Positions 41,763 through 55,434 are shown, counted from the first letter of the stretch. The stretch: DNA of 64,000 nucleotides from Rhodospirillales bacterium (GCA_038143065.1 JAYQLI010000035.1:1792894-1856893); one strand, 5' to 3'. Notes: generated by a model not told the origin, from the letters alone. Program-made: numbers and translations.

Positions 41763-43088
41763 ATGAAACGAATTCTTCAGATCCTGATTCCTCTGGTCTT
41801 AATGCTGAACATGGCATTACCTGCACAGTCGCAACTTAGGATCTCTGTTGAGGATGGTCTTCGCGAACCATTACCAATAGCATTTGCCCCTTTCATAGCT
41901 AAAAGTGGCGCCTCTGCTGGCATGGGACAGAATTTGGCTGACGTGGCTATTGCTGATCTCGAAAGTTCACGCCTTTTTAGAGCAATTGACCCAGCAGCAT
42001 TCATCCAAACTCCAGCAGCTGCCGCCATCGCGCCTCGATTTTCAGATTGGCGCCAAATCAATGCGCAAGCACTAATTACAGGCACCGTGGGAGGTGAACC
42101 AGACGGCCGTATCCGAGTCGAGTTTCGCCTTTGGGATGTGCTCGGGGAATCTCAGCTTGTAGGCCAAGCATACGTAACTCAGAAGGAAAATTGGCGGCGG
42201 GTTTCCCATTTGGTAGCCGATACCATTTACAAATGGTTGACCGGAGAAAAAGGTTATTTTGATACTCGTGTAGTCTATGTAGCAGAGTCAGGTGCCGCAG
42301 ACCGAAAGATAAAACGTTTGGCCATCATGGACCAAGATGGTGCCAACCATTCCTACCTTACCAGTGGAAGAAATCTTGTTCTAACGCCACGCTTCTCTCC
42401 CTCTCGCCAAGAAATTACCTACATGTCTTATGCTGGGCGTCGTCCACGTGTCCGCATCTTGAATGTTGATACCAATCAAGATGAAACATTAGGACCGATT
42501 GACGGTATGACTTTTGCGCCACGTTTCTCTCCAGATGGAGAAAAACTGCTATTCTCCGCCGAACAGCGCGGTAATTCAGACGTTTTTGTCCTTGATCTTC
42601 GCAGTCGAAAAAGAGTGCGGTTAACTAATCATCCTGCGATCGATACATCACCCTCTTTCTCACCCAATCAGAGAGAGGTGGTATTCAACTCTGATAGAGG
42701 CGGCTCTCCCCAGCTATATGTGATGGCGTCTGATGGAGCTAATGCTCGACGGATCTCATTTGGTGGGGGCCGCTACGCAACCCCAGTATGGTCTCCACGT
42801 GGGGACCTTATAGCGTTTACAAAGATTGAAGGAGGCCGGTTTGGTATTGGGGTAATGCGGTCGGACGGCTCTAATGAGCGAATGTTATCTCAATCATATT
42901 TCGAAGAGTCGCCAACTTGGGCTCCCAATGGTCGAGTGATTATGTTCTTCAGGCGAACCCCAACCGATCGCCAAGGTCGAGGTGGAAAAAGCCGTCTATT
43001 TATTGTTGACGTAGCAGGGGGTGAACCTAGGGAGATAAAGACACCTGGGGATGCATCAGACCCTGCTTGGTCTCCACTTTCACCATAG
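41763..43088 (+). CDS. tolB: TolB
   Basis: Signal peptide, GYFDTR, MDQDG, PD40 repeats, DPAWSP. Confidence 0.96.
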   Translation: MKRILQILIPLVLMLNMALPAQSQLRISVEDGLREPLPIAFAPFIAKSGASAGMGQNLADVAIADLESSRLFRAIDPAAFIQTPAAAAIAPRFSDWRQINAQALITGTVGGEPDGRIRVEFRLWDVLGESQLVGQAYVTQKENWRRVSHLVADTIYKWLTGEKGYFDTRVVYVAESGAADRKIKRLAIMDQDGANHSYLTSGRNLVLTPRFSPSRQEITYMSYAGRRPRVRILNVDTNQDETLGPIDGMTFAPRFSPDGEKLLFSAEQRGNSDVFVLDLRSRKRVRLTNHPAIDTSPSFSPNQREVVFNSDRGGSPQLYVMASDGANARRISFGGGRYATPVWSPRGDLIAFTKIEGGRFGIGVMRSDGSNERMLSQSYFEESPTWAPNGRVIMFFRRTPTDRQGRGGKSRLFIVDVAGGEPREIKTPGDASDPAWSPLSP

Positions 43089-43214
43089 TTTAAAGAATCT
43101 TTCCTACATAACCTTGAGGTATTGTTTGGGTTCAAGTACTAAAGGAGTGGCCAAAGCGTTGGTTTCAAAGTCATCAAGAACTTTTTCGGCGCTGCATTTT
43201 GGGGAAGCTAAAAG

Positions 43215-43739
43215 ATGAAGCTTAGAAATTTAGCAATTATTGGCATCGCGCTACTCATGAGCGCTTGCGCAGCAACTAACGACCAAGCCGCATCAAGCGG
43301 ATCTGCATCTGGCGCAAGCAGTGACTCAGCAAAAAGTCAAATGTCACGCGACGTCTCCACCTCTTCGAGCTCAGCATATGCTCCGGGCAGCCAAGAAGAG
43401 TTGCAGGAGTCAATCGGAGATCGTGTATTCTTTGACACAGATCGTTATGACCTCTCTGCTGAGGCTCAGGCAATTGCAGGCTCATGGGCGGATTGGATGA
43501 AAAAGCACCAAAACGTTCAAATTGAGATCGAAGGACACGCCGATGAGCGAGGAACCCGCGAGTATAACCTTGCGTTGGGAGCTCGCCGGGCTAACGCCGT
43601 GAAAGATTTTCTTACCTCTCTCGGTGTTCAAGCCAATCGGGTTAGCACCGTATCGTACGGAACTGAGCGTCCAGAGGCTCTAGGCTCGAATGAAGAAGCT
43701 TGGTCCAAAAACCGTCGAAGCGTGGCGGTAGTTCGCTAA
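43215..43739 (+). CDS. pal: Peptidoglycan-associated lipoprotein
   Basis: Lipobox MSAC, EGHADERGTREYNLALG.RRA, NRR. Confidence 0.96.
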   Translation: MKLRNLAIIGIALLMSACAATNDQAASSGSASGASSDSAKSQMSRDVSTSSSSAYAPGSQEELQESIGDRVFFDTDRYDLSAEAQAIAGSWADWMKKHQNVQIEIEGHADERGTREYNLALGARRANAVKDFLTSLGVQANRVSTVSYGTERPEALGSNEEAWSKNRRSVAVVR

Positions 43740-43782
43740 TTAGCGCCATGAATTTGGCGCATTGTCGCAATATTGGAGCGGC

Positions 43783-44505
43783 ATGCGGTTACTGAGTTTC
43801 TCTCTTGCAATTATTGTTGCTACGCTAGGCCCGCCACTGGCGGCTCAGCCGGCAACGCCCGACGAACTCGCCTTCAGACAGCGTCTTGAAGAGAGACTGC
43901 AAGGTCTGGATCTTCAGCTTCGTGAGTCGACTGGTGCAATAGAAAAACTGCAATTTGAGCTTCGTAGCGCCTATCAGCGCATTGAAAAGCTGGAATATGA
44001 ACTTGCTGCCAGTAGGAAGCCTGTCGATTCTGCCTCTAAGAATGAGATTTCAAAACCTACTCCTCTGCAGCCTACCCAATCGGTAGCCCCAAATAATCTT
44101 CCAGGAACATTGCCCGCTGGTGACGCTCAAGTCGAGTACGATGCTGCGTTTGGCCTTCTCAGAAGAGGCGAGTTTGAGGCTGGAGAACAAGCGTTCAATG
44201 TATTTCTCCTACAACATCCCGAGCATAAACTAGCCGGAAATGCTCGATACTGGATTGCTGAAACACTTTACGCACGTCAAAGGTTTCAAGAGGCTGCTAC
44301 CGCCTTTTTAGAAGCTTGGCAAAAAGATATTCGCGGACCTAAGGCCCCCGATAATCTTCTTAAGCTGGGTCTTTCTCTTGGAAAGATGGGCAAAAATAAA
44401 GAAGCATGCATTAGCCTCAATAAACTCCTCTCAGATTATGCTGATGCACCCGCCAGGATAAGTAACATCGCGTCGCGCGAACGTCAGTTTATGAACTGCG
44501 GCTGA
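43783..44505 (+). CDS. cpoB: Tol-Pal protein CpoB/YbgF
   Basis: Coiled-coil plus TPR (NARYW, PKAPDNLLKLG). Confidence 0.9.
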   Translation: MRLLSFSLAIIVATLGPPLAAQPATPDELAFRQRLEERLQGLDLQLRESTGAIEKLQFELRSAYQRIEKLEYELAASRKPVDSASKNEISKPTPLQPTQSVAPNNLPGTLPAGDAQVEYDAAFGLLRRGEFEAGEQAFNVFLLQHPEHKLAGNARYWIAETLYARQRFQEAATAFLEAWQKDIRGPKAPDNLLKLGLSLGKMGKNKEACISLNKLLSDYADAPARISNIASRERQFMNCG

Positions 44506-45803
44506 TGGCTTTAGAGCCAGACTGGTCTCCTCAACCCGTCTCCGTTGAGGCATTTGCCGCGGCCATGGCTCGATTAGAGCCCTTTGAACCTCAACCTTTA
44601 CTTGCTGTAGCAGTGTCCGGTGGGCCGGATAGCATGGCACTTGCTATGCTCGCCAATGACTGGGCGCATGAGCGTGGAGGTTCTGTACATGCCATTCTTA
44701 TTGACCATGGTTTACGCGCAGAATCAGAAGATGAAGTGCGAATTGCATCAAATGCATTATCTGCCCGCGGCATAGAAACCACTATAGAAAAATTGTCAGG
44801 TCCGGCCCCCAAAAACGGCAAACCAGCATGGGCAAGGCAGGAGAGATATAAAAGCCTTATGGTGATTACCCGCAGGCTTGGAGTGCTTCATCTTCTTACT
44901 GGGCATCATCGTGACGACCAGGCTGAAACTTTCATCCTAAATCTGGAAAGAGGCAGCGGGGTAAAAGGACTGTCTGGAATGGCAACAAACCGAGGGGTTG
45001 GCTCAGCAAGGATTATTCGCCCACTTTTAGATTTTTCAAAAACGCAACTGCATTCCACAGCGCTAATGTATGGCTTGCCTGTAGCTCACGACCCAAGCAA
45101 CCAGGACTTACGCTACTCGCGCACTCGGGTCAGAGCGCAATTAGACAACTTAGAAATTAAGCGCCTGGCCGATACATCAGCTCGGCTTGCAAACGAAGAC
45201 ATTGCTCTAGAGATTGCCGTATCAAAATTGGCTGCTAACGCACTTACAATTACGCCTTTAGGCGAAGCAAACATTTCAATGCAAAAAATGGCAGAGGCGC
45301 CAGCTGTTATTGCCCTTCGACTTTTTACCCGTACAGCTCATGCAATAGGCGGTCGTGAAACTCCTCCAAGACAACACCGCGCCGAAGCGGCTCTGCACCA
45401 AATCATTTCGAAAGCAAAGTCGAAACTGACACTAGGAAGCGCAATTATCACTCGGGTTGGGGGTCAACTGAATTTTCGCAAAGAACTTGGCAAAAACCCT
45501 CTTCCTGAAATTACTGGCCCAGGTCATTGGGATGGAAGATTTGACGTTGCTGTCTATCCATTCTGGCCTGAAAACTGTGTAGTTCGTGGACTAGGCTATG
45601 AAGGACTCCGGCAACTTGAATCTTCCAGTGGTAAAAAACGACTTTATGGATCGACCCCAAGATCCGTGCTCGCTTTGGCACCTGCGCTTTGGCGGGAAAA
45701 GCAGCTATTAATTGGACCAAGTCTCGCAGGAGAATTTGTGAGAATTGACCAAACCTACTTACAAATATCGTTTCGCCCACGAAGACCAATTGCTCCTTGT
45801 TAA
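44505..45803 (+). CDS. tilS: tRNA(Ile)-lysidine synthase
   Basis: AVSGGPDS, DHGLR, HHRDDQAET, RPLL, DPSN. Confidence 0.95.
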   Translation: MALEPDWSPQPVSVEAFAAAMARLEPFEPQPLLAVAVSGGPDSMALAMLANDWAHERGGSVHAILIDHGLRAESEDEVRIASNALSARGIETTIEKLSGPAPKNGKPAWARQERYKSLMVITRRLGVLHLLTGHHRDDQAETFILNLERGSGVKGLSGMATNRGVGSARIIRPLLDFSKTQLHSTALMYGLPVAHDPSNQDLRYSRTRVRAQLDNLEIKRLADTSARLANEDIALEIAVSKLAANALTITPLGEANISMQKMAEAPAVIALRLFTRTAHAIGGRETPPRQHRAEAALHQIISKAKSKLTLGSAIITRVGGQLNFRKELGKNPLPEITGPGHWDGRFDVAVYPFWPENCVVRGLGYEGLRQLESSSGKKRLYGSTPRSVLALAPALWREKQLLIGPSLAGEFVRIDQTYLQISFRPRRPIAPC

Positions 45804-45889
45804 AAGCACATAGAGACTTATGTGTATAAAGGATACAAAATAACTCTATCGATTCTACCGATAGTAAAAAGACAATAGAGAGAAGTTCT

Positions 45890-47821
45890 GTGAAGGGCAT
45901 TTCAAAAAATATGCTGATTTGGGCCGCTATCTTTGTGGCTCTCGTTCTTCTATTCCAAGCCTTTCAGGGCGGCAGCCTCCAAGGTGGATCTAGTAAACTC
46001 CGGTATTCCGAGTTTGTTGCCCAGTTAAAGGATGGAAGAGTTCAAGAAGCTATCATTCAAGGCCGGAACGTTTCAGGACGACTTTCTGACGGGACAACCT
46101 TCCAAACTTACTCACCCGACGATCCCCAACTGGTTCAAAGATTAATCGATGCTGGCGTGAACGTCACTGCGGCACCGGAAGAAGAAAGTCGCCTGCTGTC
46201 GGTCCTCATTTCTTGGTTTCCAATGCTGCTTCTTATTGGCGTTTGGATTTACTTCATGCGGCATATGCAGTCTGGTGGTGGACGGGCGATGGGCTTTGGA
46301 AAGTCAAAGGCCAAGCTACTCACAGAGAAATCAGGCCGTGTAACTTTTGAAGATGTTGCCGGGATCGAAGAAGCTAAAGGCGAACTTGTAGAAATTGTTG
46401 AATTCTTGCGGGACCCGCAGAAGTTTCAACGACTGGGCGGCAAAATTCCCAAGGGTTGCCTGCTCGTAGGACCCCCTGGAACGGGAAAAACTTTGTTGGC
46501 CAGGGCCATTGCTGGCGAAGCTAACGTTCCATTTTTCACAATCTCTGGCTCAGATTTTGTTGAAATGTTCGTCGGCGTCGGTGCGAGCCGCGTCCGCGAT
46601 ATGTTTGAGCAAGGTAAAAAGAATGCTCCATGCATTATTTTCATTGATGAAATTGATGCCGTGGGTCGTCATCGGGGTGCTGGACTCGGGGGCGGCAATG
46701 ATGAGCGTGAACAAACTCTCAATCAAATGCTTGTTGAAATGGATGGCTTTGAGGCTAACGAGGGGGTCATCCTCATCGCAGCAACTAACCGACCAGATGT
46801 TCTAGATCCCGCACTTCTCAGACCAGGTCGCTTCGACAGGCAAGTTGTTGTACCCAATCCCGATATCCGAGGCCGAGAGCAAATTCTTAAGGTCCACATG
46901 CGTAAAATTCCCCTTGGCAGTGATGTGGATGCTAGGGTCATCGCACGCGGAACTCCGGGTTTCTCTGGCGCAGACCTTGCCAACCTCGTCAACGAGGCTG
47001 CCCTCATGGCTGCACGTCGCAATAAGCGAACTGTTACCATGTCAGAAATGGAAGACGCTAAGGATAAAGTGCTAATGGGCGCTGAACGGCGGTCAATGGT
47101 CATGTCCGAGGATGAAAAGAAACTTACTGCTTATCACGAAGCCGGCCACGCCGTCGTGATGCTTCATGTCAAAGGTCATGAGCCCCTCCATAAAGTCACG
47201 ATTATTCCTCGTGGACGAGCTTTAGGCTTGGCGATGTATTTGCCAGAACGTGATAGGCTTTCGCAGTCTATAACTGAAATCAGAGCCCTGATTGCAAGTG
47301 CTTTTGGAGGGCGCATAGCGGAAGACATGATATTTGGAGCGGAAAATGTCACGACTGGCGCCGCCCAAGACATTAAAGTGGCCACTCAGTATGCGCGACG
47401 GTTAGTTACTGAGTTTGGCTTCTCTGACAAACTCGGGCCTCTGCGCTACGCGGATAATGAAGAAGAGGTATTTCTGGGGCACTCGGTTACTCAGCGAAAA
47501 AATGTATCCGATGCAACGGCAGCAACGATTGATTCGGAAACGAGACGTTTCGTTGAAGAGGGAGAGGCAGAAGCTCGGCGCATTCTGGAAACATACCGTA
47601 ATGAGCTAGAAATGATTGCGGAGGCACTGCTCGAACATGAAACTCTTGACAGATCCGAGATAGATGGATTGTTGCGAGGTGAGCCTATTGAGCGGTCCAA
47701 ACCGACAGAACCACCAGAAAGTGCGCCTACTGGCGGCGGCCCAAGGTCCTCTATCCCTGGAGGAAAACGGCGTCGTGGCTCTGGACCAACTGGGGACCCT
47801 GCACCACAGCCCAGCAGCTAG
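45890..47821 (+). CDS. ftsH: ATP-dependent zinc metalloprotease FtsH
   Basis: Two TM segments, [13 protein letters not shown]. Confidence 0.98.
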   Translation: MKGISKNMLIWAAIFVALVLLFQAFQGGSLQGGSSKLRYSEFVAQLKDGRVQEAIIQGRNVSGRLSDGTTFQTYSPDDPQLVQRLIDAGVNVTAAPEEESRLLSVLISWFPMLLLIGVWIYFMRHMQSGGGRAMGFGKSKAKLLTEKSGRVTFEDVAGIEEAKGELVEIVEFLRDPQKFQRLGGKIPKGCLLVGPPGTGKTLLARAIAGEANVPFFTISGSDFVEMFVGVGASRVRDMFEQGKKNAPCIIFIDEIDAVGRHRGAGLGGGNDEREQTLNQMLVEMDGFEANEGVILIAATNRPDVLDPALLRPGRFDRQVVVPNPDIRGREQILKVHMRKIPLGSDVDARVIARGTPGFSGADLANLVNEAALMAARRNKRTVTMSEMEDAKDKVLMGAERRSMVMSEDEKKLTAYHEAGHAVVMLHVKGHEPLHKVTIIPRGRALGLAMYLPERDRLSQSITEIRALIASAFGGRIAEDMIFGAENVTTGAAQDIKVATQYARRLVTEFGFSDKLGPLRYADNEEEVFLGHSVTQRKNVSDATAATIDSETRRFVEEGEAEARRILETYRNELEMIAEALLEHETLDRSEIDGLLRGEPIERSKPTEPPESAPTGGGPRSSIPGGKRRRGSGPTGDPAPQPSS

Positions 47822-47955
47822 TCATCGTACCTTTTATAGACTGACTTTCCGTAGGAAATAATTTTAGAATAGATCGGATATTCCTTATTAAGGATTATTG
47901 ATCTAAAACCTTGTTAGTAATTGTTTGAACTTGATGCGAGATTAGGAGGGGAGCT

Positions 47956-48339
47956 ATGGCTGCAGACAATCGTCCGCTATCGCCGCACCTGCAAATTTAT
48001 CGGCCCCAATGGACGTCATTTTTATCAATTTTGCATCGAGGCACAGGTATAGTTCTCTCTATTGGCATCATCTACATCGCATGGTGGTTAACCGCTGCAG
48101 CAACAGGTGGGGATTACTATAAAACCTTTGAATGGTTTGCCGGTTCAATCATCGGCAACCTGTTCTTTATGGGCTTCACATTTTCTCTGTTTTACCATTT
48201 AGCGAACGGTATCCGGCACTTGGCTTGGGACACCGGTAGAAATTTAGAGTTAGAAGACGCATATAAGTCAGGACTTATGGTGGTAGCTGCTGCCATCATA
48301 CTAACCGCAATCGCTTGGATAATGGCCCTGGTAGCTTAA
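47956..48339 (+). CDS. sdhC: Succinate dehydrogenase cytochrome b556 subunit
   Basis: RPLSPHLQIY, SILHR.TG, NGIRHL.WD. Confidence 0.96.
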   Translation: MAADNRPLSPHLQIYRPQWTSFLSILHRGTGIVLSIGIIYIAWWLTAAATGGDYYKTFEWFAGSIIGNLFFMGFTFSLFYHLANGIRHLAWDTGRNLELEDAYKSGLMVVAAAIILTAIAWIMALVA

Positions 48340-48352
48340 AGGATAGTTGAAG

Positions 48353-48733
48353 ATGTCAATGACAAATCCCCTTGCCAGGGTTCGTGGGCTCGGATCTGCA
48401 AAAGATGGAACTCATCATTGGATTGTCCAGCGGATGACGGCAGTGGCACTGATTCCACTTACTTTATGGTTTGTAGTTTCATTGATCAGTCTAATTGGAA
48501 GCGATCTGGTTGCGGTCCAATCTTGGCTGTCATCTCCTTTTAATGCGGTGATGATGATTTTAACCTTAGTTGCGGGTTTCCATCATGCTCAACTCGGGCT
48601 TCAAGTGGTGATCGAGGACTACATCCATGGGCATGGAAAGAAAATTGTTGCCCTTTGGGTAATGAAGGGCGCCGCAATCTTCTTCGGGGCAGCTTCTGTC
48701 TTTTCTGTAATTAAACTTAGCTTCGGAGGGTGA
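48353..48733 (+). CDS. sdhD: Succinate dehydrogenase membrane anchor
   Basis: [23 protein letters not shown]. Confidence 0.96.
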   Translation: MSMTNPLARVRGLGSAKDGTHHWIVQRMTAVALIPLTLWFVVSLISLIGSDLVAVQSWLSSPFNAVMMILTLVAGFHHAQLGLQVVIEDYIHGHGKKIVALWVMKGAAIFFGAASVFSVIKLSFGG

Positions 48734-48737
48734 GAAC

Positions 48738-50530
48738 ATGACTCAGTCTTACGATATCGTTGATCATACTTATGACGTAGTCGTAGTAGGTGCTGGCGGA
48801 GCTGGCCTACGAGCAACGTTGGGTTGTGTTCAAGCGGGACTTAAAACAGCTTGCGTAACCAAGGTTTTTCCAACCCGCAGCCATACTGTAGCAGCACAGG
48901 GCGGTATCGCAGCCAGCTTAGCCAATATGTCAGAGGACAATTGGAAGTGGCATATGTATGACACCGTTAAGGGGTCAGACTGGTTAGGCGATCAAGATGC
49001 AATTGAGTATATGTGCCGGCAAGCAGTACCATCCGTAATTGAGCTTGAGCACTACGGACTTCCCTTTAGCCGTACTCCCGATGATAAGATTTACCAGCGT
49101 CCATTCGGTGGGCACATGCGGAATTTCGGCGAAACACCAGCTCAGCGTGTCGCTGCAGCGGCTGATAGAACTGGTCACGCGCTTCTCCACACTTTGTATC
49201 AACAAAGCCTAAGAAATAATGCTGAGTTTTTCATCGAGTACTTTGCCATTGATTTGATTATGGATGATGACGGATCTTGCAGGGGTGTTGTTGCTTGGAA
49301 TCTCGACGATGGCACCATTCATAGGTTCCGTGCTCAAACGGTAATTCTGGCAACAGGCGGCTATGGTCGTGCCTACTTCTCGGCAACGTCCGCTCACACC
49401 TGTACTGGAGACGGAAACGGTATGGTGGCTCGTGCTGGGCTGCCAAACCAAGATATGGAATTCGTTCAGTTCCATCCAACTGGAATTTATGGTGCAGGCT
49501 GCCTCATCACCGAGGGAGTACGTGGCGAAGGTGGTTACCTTACCAATTCGGAGGGTGAACGCTTCATGGAACGCTACGCTCCAACGGCAAAAGACCTTGC
49601 CAGCCGTGACGTCGTTGCTCGTTCAATGACCGTTGAGATACGCGAAGGGCGCGGAGTAGGCTCTGGTGCGGACCACATATATTTGCATCTCGAGCACTTA
49701 GGGTCGGATGTTTTAGAGGAACGTCTACCAGGCATAACTGAAACCGCTAGAATTTTTGCTGGAGTGGATGCTGCCAAACAGCCCATTCCGGTGCTTCCAA
49801 CAGTCCACTACAACATGGGCGGTGTGCCCACCAATTATAATGGCCAAGTTTTGCGGCCTACCGCCGCTGACCCAGCAGCAGTTGTGCCCGGCCTCATGGC
49901 CGTAGGTGAATGCGCTAGTGTATCAGTGCATGGCGCGAATAGGTTAGGAGCTAATTCACTGCTTGATCTCGTCGTCTTCGGCAGAGCGGCAGGTCTTTTC
50001 TGTGGCGAGAATATAACTCCAGGGGCAAATCAGCCTGAGTTGAAGCCAGGAAGCGATGATTTGGCTCTCTCTAGGTTAGATCGACTCCGCAATGCTGATG
50101 GCTCCACCTCTCTACAGCCGAAATCAGAGATGGAATGCAGCGCACTATGCAAAACAACGCCGCAGTCTTCCGCACAGCTGCAGTTCTTGAAGAAGGCTGC
50201 AGAATGATGGACCAGCAGGCTGGAGCACTTGAAGATATCAAAGTGAATGACAGATCGATGATCTGGAATTCCGACCTAGTTGAGGCTCTTGAATTAGAAA
50301 ATCTGATGGATTGCGCACTCACAACTATCATGGGGGCAGAGGCTCGCCATGAAAGTCGCGGAGCACATGCACATGAAGATTATCCAGATAGGAACGATGA
50401 AGAGTGGATGAAACACACTCTCGCTTATGTGGATGAAAAGCACAAAGTGCGCCTTGATTATCGACCAGTTCACACATTCACCCTTTCGGACGATATTGAA
50501 TATATCGAGCCGAAAGAGCGCGTGTACTAA
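48738..50530 (+). CDS. sdhA: Succinate dehydrogenase flavoprotein (frameshift near 50110)
   Basis: [28 protein letters not shown]; extra dinucleotide in ACCTCTCTACA. Confidence 0.97.
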
Positions 50531-50547
50531 GGTAAGGAATTTAAAAT

Positions 50548-51330
50548 ATGGCTGAATTCACCTTACCTAAGAATTCGAAAGTCGGAGAAGGCAAAAGACA
50601 TCCAGCTCCTTCCGGCGCAACGAATGTTAAAACATTCCGCGTGTATCGTTGGTCGCCCGACGATGACAAGAACCCAGAAGTCGATTCCTTTGAAATTGAT
50701 ATGGACGACTGTGGGCCTATGGTCCTCGACGCTTTGATTAAGATTAAAAATGAGGTGGACTCAACCGTTACATTTAGGCGGTCGTGTCGCGAGGGTATCT
50801 GCGGTTCTTGTGCCATGAATATTGATGGTACAAATACCTTGGCATGTTTAAAGCCCATTGAAGAGGTGAAAGGCGATGTGAAGGTGTATCCACTGCCTCA
50901 CATGCCTGTAATCAAAGACCTTGTGCCTGATGTGTCGCAAATTTACGCCCAACTAGCTTCTATTGAGCCATGGCTCAAAACTGTCACGCCACCACCACCC
51001 GACGGCGAACGTCTTCAGAGTCCAGAAGATAGAGCAAAGCTTGATGGGTTATGGGAGTGCATCCTTTGCTTCTGTTGTTCAACAAGTTGTCCTAGCTATT
51101 GGTGGAACGGCGATCGCTATCTTGGCCCCGCCATACTTTTACAGGCATACCGCTGGCTTGCTGATAGCCGTGATGAAGCTAAGGGTGAGCGCCTAGACGC
51201 GTTAGAAGACCCCTTCCGTCTCTATCGATGTCACACCATCATGAACTGCACCAAGACCTGTCCAAAAGGACTTAACCCAGCAAAAGCTATCGCTGAGGTC
51301 AAAAAGATGATGGTGGAGAGGCAAGGCTAA
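50548..51330 (+). CDS. sdhB: Succinate dehydrogenase iron-sulfur subunit
   Basis: [34 protein letters not shown]. Confidence 0.98.
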   Translation: MAEFTLPKNSKVGEGKRHPAPSGATNVKTFRVYRWSPDDDKNPEVDSFEIDMDDCGPMVLDALIKIKNEVDSTVTFRRSCREGICGSCAMNIDGTNTLACLKPIEEVKGDVKVYPLPHMPVIKDLVPDVSQIYAQLASIEPWLKTVTPPPPDGERLQSPEDRAKLDGLWECILCFCCSTSCPSYWWNGDRYLGPAILLQAYRWLADSRDEAKGERLDALEDPFRLYRCHTIMNCTKTCPKGLNPAKAIAEVKKMMVERQG

Positions 51331-51375
51331 CGGCTAGTTGCCGTTAGCGCTGGGATAATTTTTGTCCTTTTTTAG
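51326..51375 (+). terminator. Probable terminator after sdhB
   Basis: Perfect 9-bp stem GCTAACGGC/GCCGTTAGC followed by T-rich tracts. Confidence 0.5.
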
Positions 51376-51632
51376 CTGTTTTTGTTGTTACACTAAGGCC
51401 GGAAGACCTTGATCGTTTAAATTGGTTAAGGTGTGCTGATATACATGCAGTTATCCCATTTAGTCCCCTTTAACGTTCTATCTAATGCTCCCACTCCCCG
51501 AAGAGGGTGCACCTGCTTATTAAAATGTTTAGACCGAACAAGGGCCGACACGCTCAGTCGCTGGCAAAATTTTCTTAGATATATTGTCATCTGTGAAGGA
51601 CTGATCATACTTTCTGCGGAGGAGTATGATTG

Positions 51633-52772
51633 ATGCCTAACACCTCAACCAGTGAAGAAATCGCGTTTCAGGAATATCTCAAGGCAGGAGAGGCTAGGGC
51701 CATGGCCCTTGAAAACCGAGGGCCTGTTCGCTTCACTGATACCGGGGAACTGCATCCTGAGATTGTGGAAGCATTCTGGCGCGTAGGTTTCTATGTTTTC
51801 GAAAATGTGCTTCGGCCAGAGGAAATTGAAGACCTCAAAAATGATGTTCGACTTATACAGTCTCGTCTGCCTGTAACAAAAGGTGGAAAGCTAGATTCAA
51901 ACGGCAAATTAGCACTAGGCGCAGACCAGAATGGCCGCAACTTTTACTGGTCCAAACCACTAGCAGATCCTTTTGGTGGAACAGATCTCGCTGGTGGTAG
52001 ACATCCTGTAAAAATGCGAGAACCAAAACCTAGGGCAGGAACACCGGAAGAGATAGTCTATCTCATTCTTGGCTCACTCCAATACTCGGACGCGTGTCTC
52101 CGAGTCTATGGTCACCCAGATTTACTTCGCATTGCGGCAGCAATAAACGGTGAGGACTTTACTCCTTTCAACGAAGCTTTGTTTATAAAGGCGCCGGGCC
52201 TTGGAGCGTCGGTTGCTTGGCATCGGGATGGATTGACCCACTATGATTCTCCCAACTGGGATGAAGGCGTGCACGGTTTCAATTTTATGGGACAAGTATT
52301 CGGTTGTACGGCTGCAAATGGGGTATGGGTCGTCCCTGGCAGCCACAAACTACGCCGCGTGGACATCCCAGCAATGGCTGCCGCGGCACAATCTGACCAA
52401 TTTCCAGATGCGGTCCCTATAATTTGTGCTGCTGGTGATGTAGCAATGACAAACCGTCAGGCGATCCATGGATCCTTTGCTAATACAAGTGAACAATGGC
52501 GGGTGACCGTCAATATGGGCTTTCACCGACGCTCCTCAGTATTGAATGTTGAGGCTGGAGGCCTGCACAATGCGCGTGCCGTTTATGATGACGAACGAAT
52601 CAAGCGCCGAGCCCGGATGCTTGGCTATGCAATAGATGCTCGCCAGCAGCGATTTCCTGACGAAACACCATATGAATACAAACCACATCGAGATAGTGGG
52701 CTTGTTTACCATTGGAATGAGAAGGCGCGCGCCGAGATTTGGGACTACAACAAGGAAGACCTGAGCATCTAA
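51633..52772 (+). CDS. PhyH-family dioxygenase (long form)
   Basis: K.PG.GASVAWHRDG, VPGSHK, GDV...RQAIHGSFAN, RVT. Confidence 0.85.
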   Translation: MPNTSTSEEIAFQEYLKAGEARAMALENRGPVRFTDTGELHPEIVEAFWRVGFYVFENVLRPEEIEDLKNDVRLIQSRLPVTKGGKLDSNGKLALGADQNGRNFYWSKPLADPFGGTDLAGGRHPVKMREPKPRAGTPEEIVYLILGSLQYSDACLRVYGHPDLLRIAAAINGEDFTPFNEALFIKAPGLGASVAWHRDGLTHYDSPNWDEGVHGFNFMGQVFGCTAANGVWVVPGSHKLRRVDIPAMAAAAQSDQFPDAVPIICAAGDVAMTNRQAIHGSFANTSEQWRVTVNMGFHRRSSVLNVEAGGLHNARAVYDDERIKRRARMLGYAIDARQQRFPDETPYEYKPHRDSGLVYHWNEKARAEIWDYNKEDLSI

Positions 52773-52777
52773 TCCCG

Positions 52778-53230
52778 TTATTCTTTTTCGAGGCGACGAT
52801 CTCGCGCAAGGTCGAGTTTATAGGTTGCCTGGCCCTTTGCTACTAAACGACCCTCCTCATCCGTAGCAATAACGTCAACTATGGTGAGAATGCCTCCACG
52901 GCTGACCACTTTCCCCTCAGCCAATATATCCTTCCCAAGACCTGGACCAATATAGTTGATAGTTAGCGATACCGTTGTTCCTCGTGTGGTTGCTTTTGCA
53001 TCAGGGGTTGCCCATGCTGCACAGGTTGCAGCAGTGTCAATGAGTGTGGCCGTTGCTCCTCCATGAACAATATCCAAGCCATTCATTATTTCCGGTGAAG
53101 CTTTCATGCGGCACACAACACGATCAATCTCAACTACATCAACAGACAACCCGACATGCCGTCCAAAAGGTCCAGTGGCAATGACATTATGAATTCGATC
53201 GAGCGCTGCTTCTGAGAGATTTTTGGTCAT
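52778..53230 (-). CDS. PaaI family thioesterase
   Basis: NGLDIVHGGATATLID hotdog-fold motif. Confidence 0.88.
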   Translation of the reverse strand: MTKNLSEAALDRIHNVIATGPFGRHVGLSVDVVEIDRVVCRMKASPEIMNGLDIVHGGATATLIDTAATCAAWATPDAKATTRGTTVSLTINYIGPGLGKDILAEGKVVSRGGILTIVDVIATDEEGRLVAKGQATYKLDLARDRRLEKE

Positions 53231-53409
53231 GGTGTTCCACTACGAGTTTGAGAGTTTTCAGTTCACGTTGTGCAATAAGACCATGAACGGAAAACAAATG
53301 TTAATCTTGGTTGAGTATCTACAGTTTCCAAAATCTAAGAATAAAAGCCTAGCCCCAAAAAACTCAATCATGTTATTTTGGGCTAAAGGCCTATCTGGAT
53401 TAAAATAGA

Positions 53410-54093
53410 ATGTGTGGACGATATCTTCTAACAACACCCACCACAGAATTGGCTAAATTATTTGGTTTTATTGAACTGCCGAATCTTGCTCCAAACTGGA
53501 ATATAGCTCCAACTCAAGAGGCACCAGTAATACGAACTGTTGGGCGCAACCGCTCATGCGCTAAAATACGCTGGGGCTTTATTAAAAATCGAGCTCATTC
53601 ATCATCAAGACAAAACCCACTCATCAACGCTCGTGGTGAGACTATAGCTGAAAAACCAAGTTTCAAAGAGAGTTTCAAAAAACACCGATGCCTAGTCCCT
53701 GCCGATGGGTTTTATGAATGGCGAGGTAAGGGGGACTCGCGGCAGGCTTTTTTTGCAGATCCCGGCGAGACAATTGCCTTTGCTGGTCTTTGGGAAAATA
53801 GCCGAAAGGCAGACGGGACAACTTTGGAGACCTTTACGATTGTAACAACAGAAGCAAATCAATCGCTAGCAAGTATCCATCATAGGATGCCTGTGGTTAT
53901 TCAACCCGAGGATTTTGATACCTGGCTCAGAGCATCATTGAAAGATGCTGCTGATCTAATTCGGGCCGCTTCAGAGGAAAGGTTCCGATTAGTTGAAGTT
54001 GATAAAAGGGTGGGTAACGTTAAACACAATGACCCCGAACTTGTGATACCAATCAATAAAAGAATGTCTAAAGAACAATTACACTTATTTTAA
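53410..54093 (+). CDS. SRAP family abasic-site protection protein (YedK/HMCES-like)
   Basis: MCGRY N-terminus, NIAPTQ, NARGET, GFYEW, HHRMP. Confidence 0.93.
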   Translation: MCGRYLLTTPTTELAKLFGFIELPNLAPNWNIAPTQEAPVIRTVGRNRSCAKIRWGFIKNRAHSSSRQNPLINARGETIAEKPSFKESFKKHRCLVPADGFYEWRGKGDSRQAFFADPGETIAFAGLWENSRKADGTTLETFTIVTTEANQSLASIHHRMPVVIQPEDFDTWLRASLKDAADLIRAASEERFRLVEVDKRVGNVKHNDPELVIPINKRMSKEQLHLF

Positions 54094-54113
54094 AATTGTG
54101 AGGCCTGTGAACG

Positions 54114-55399
<1,286 letters not shown>

Positions 55400-55434
55400 A
55401 AGAAATTTCCAAGTTTATTTTTTAATTTTTACTG

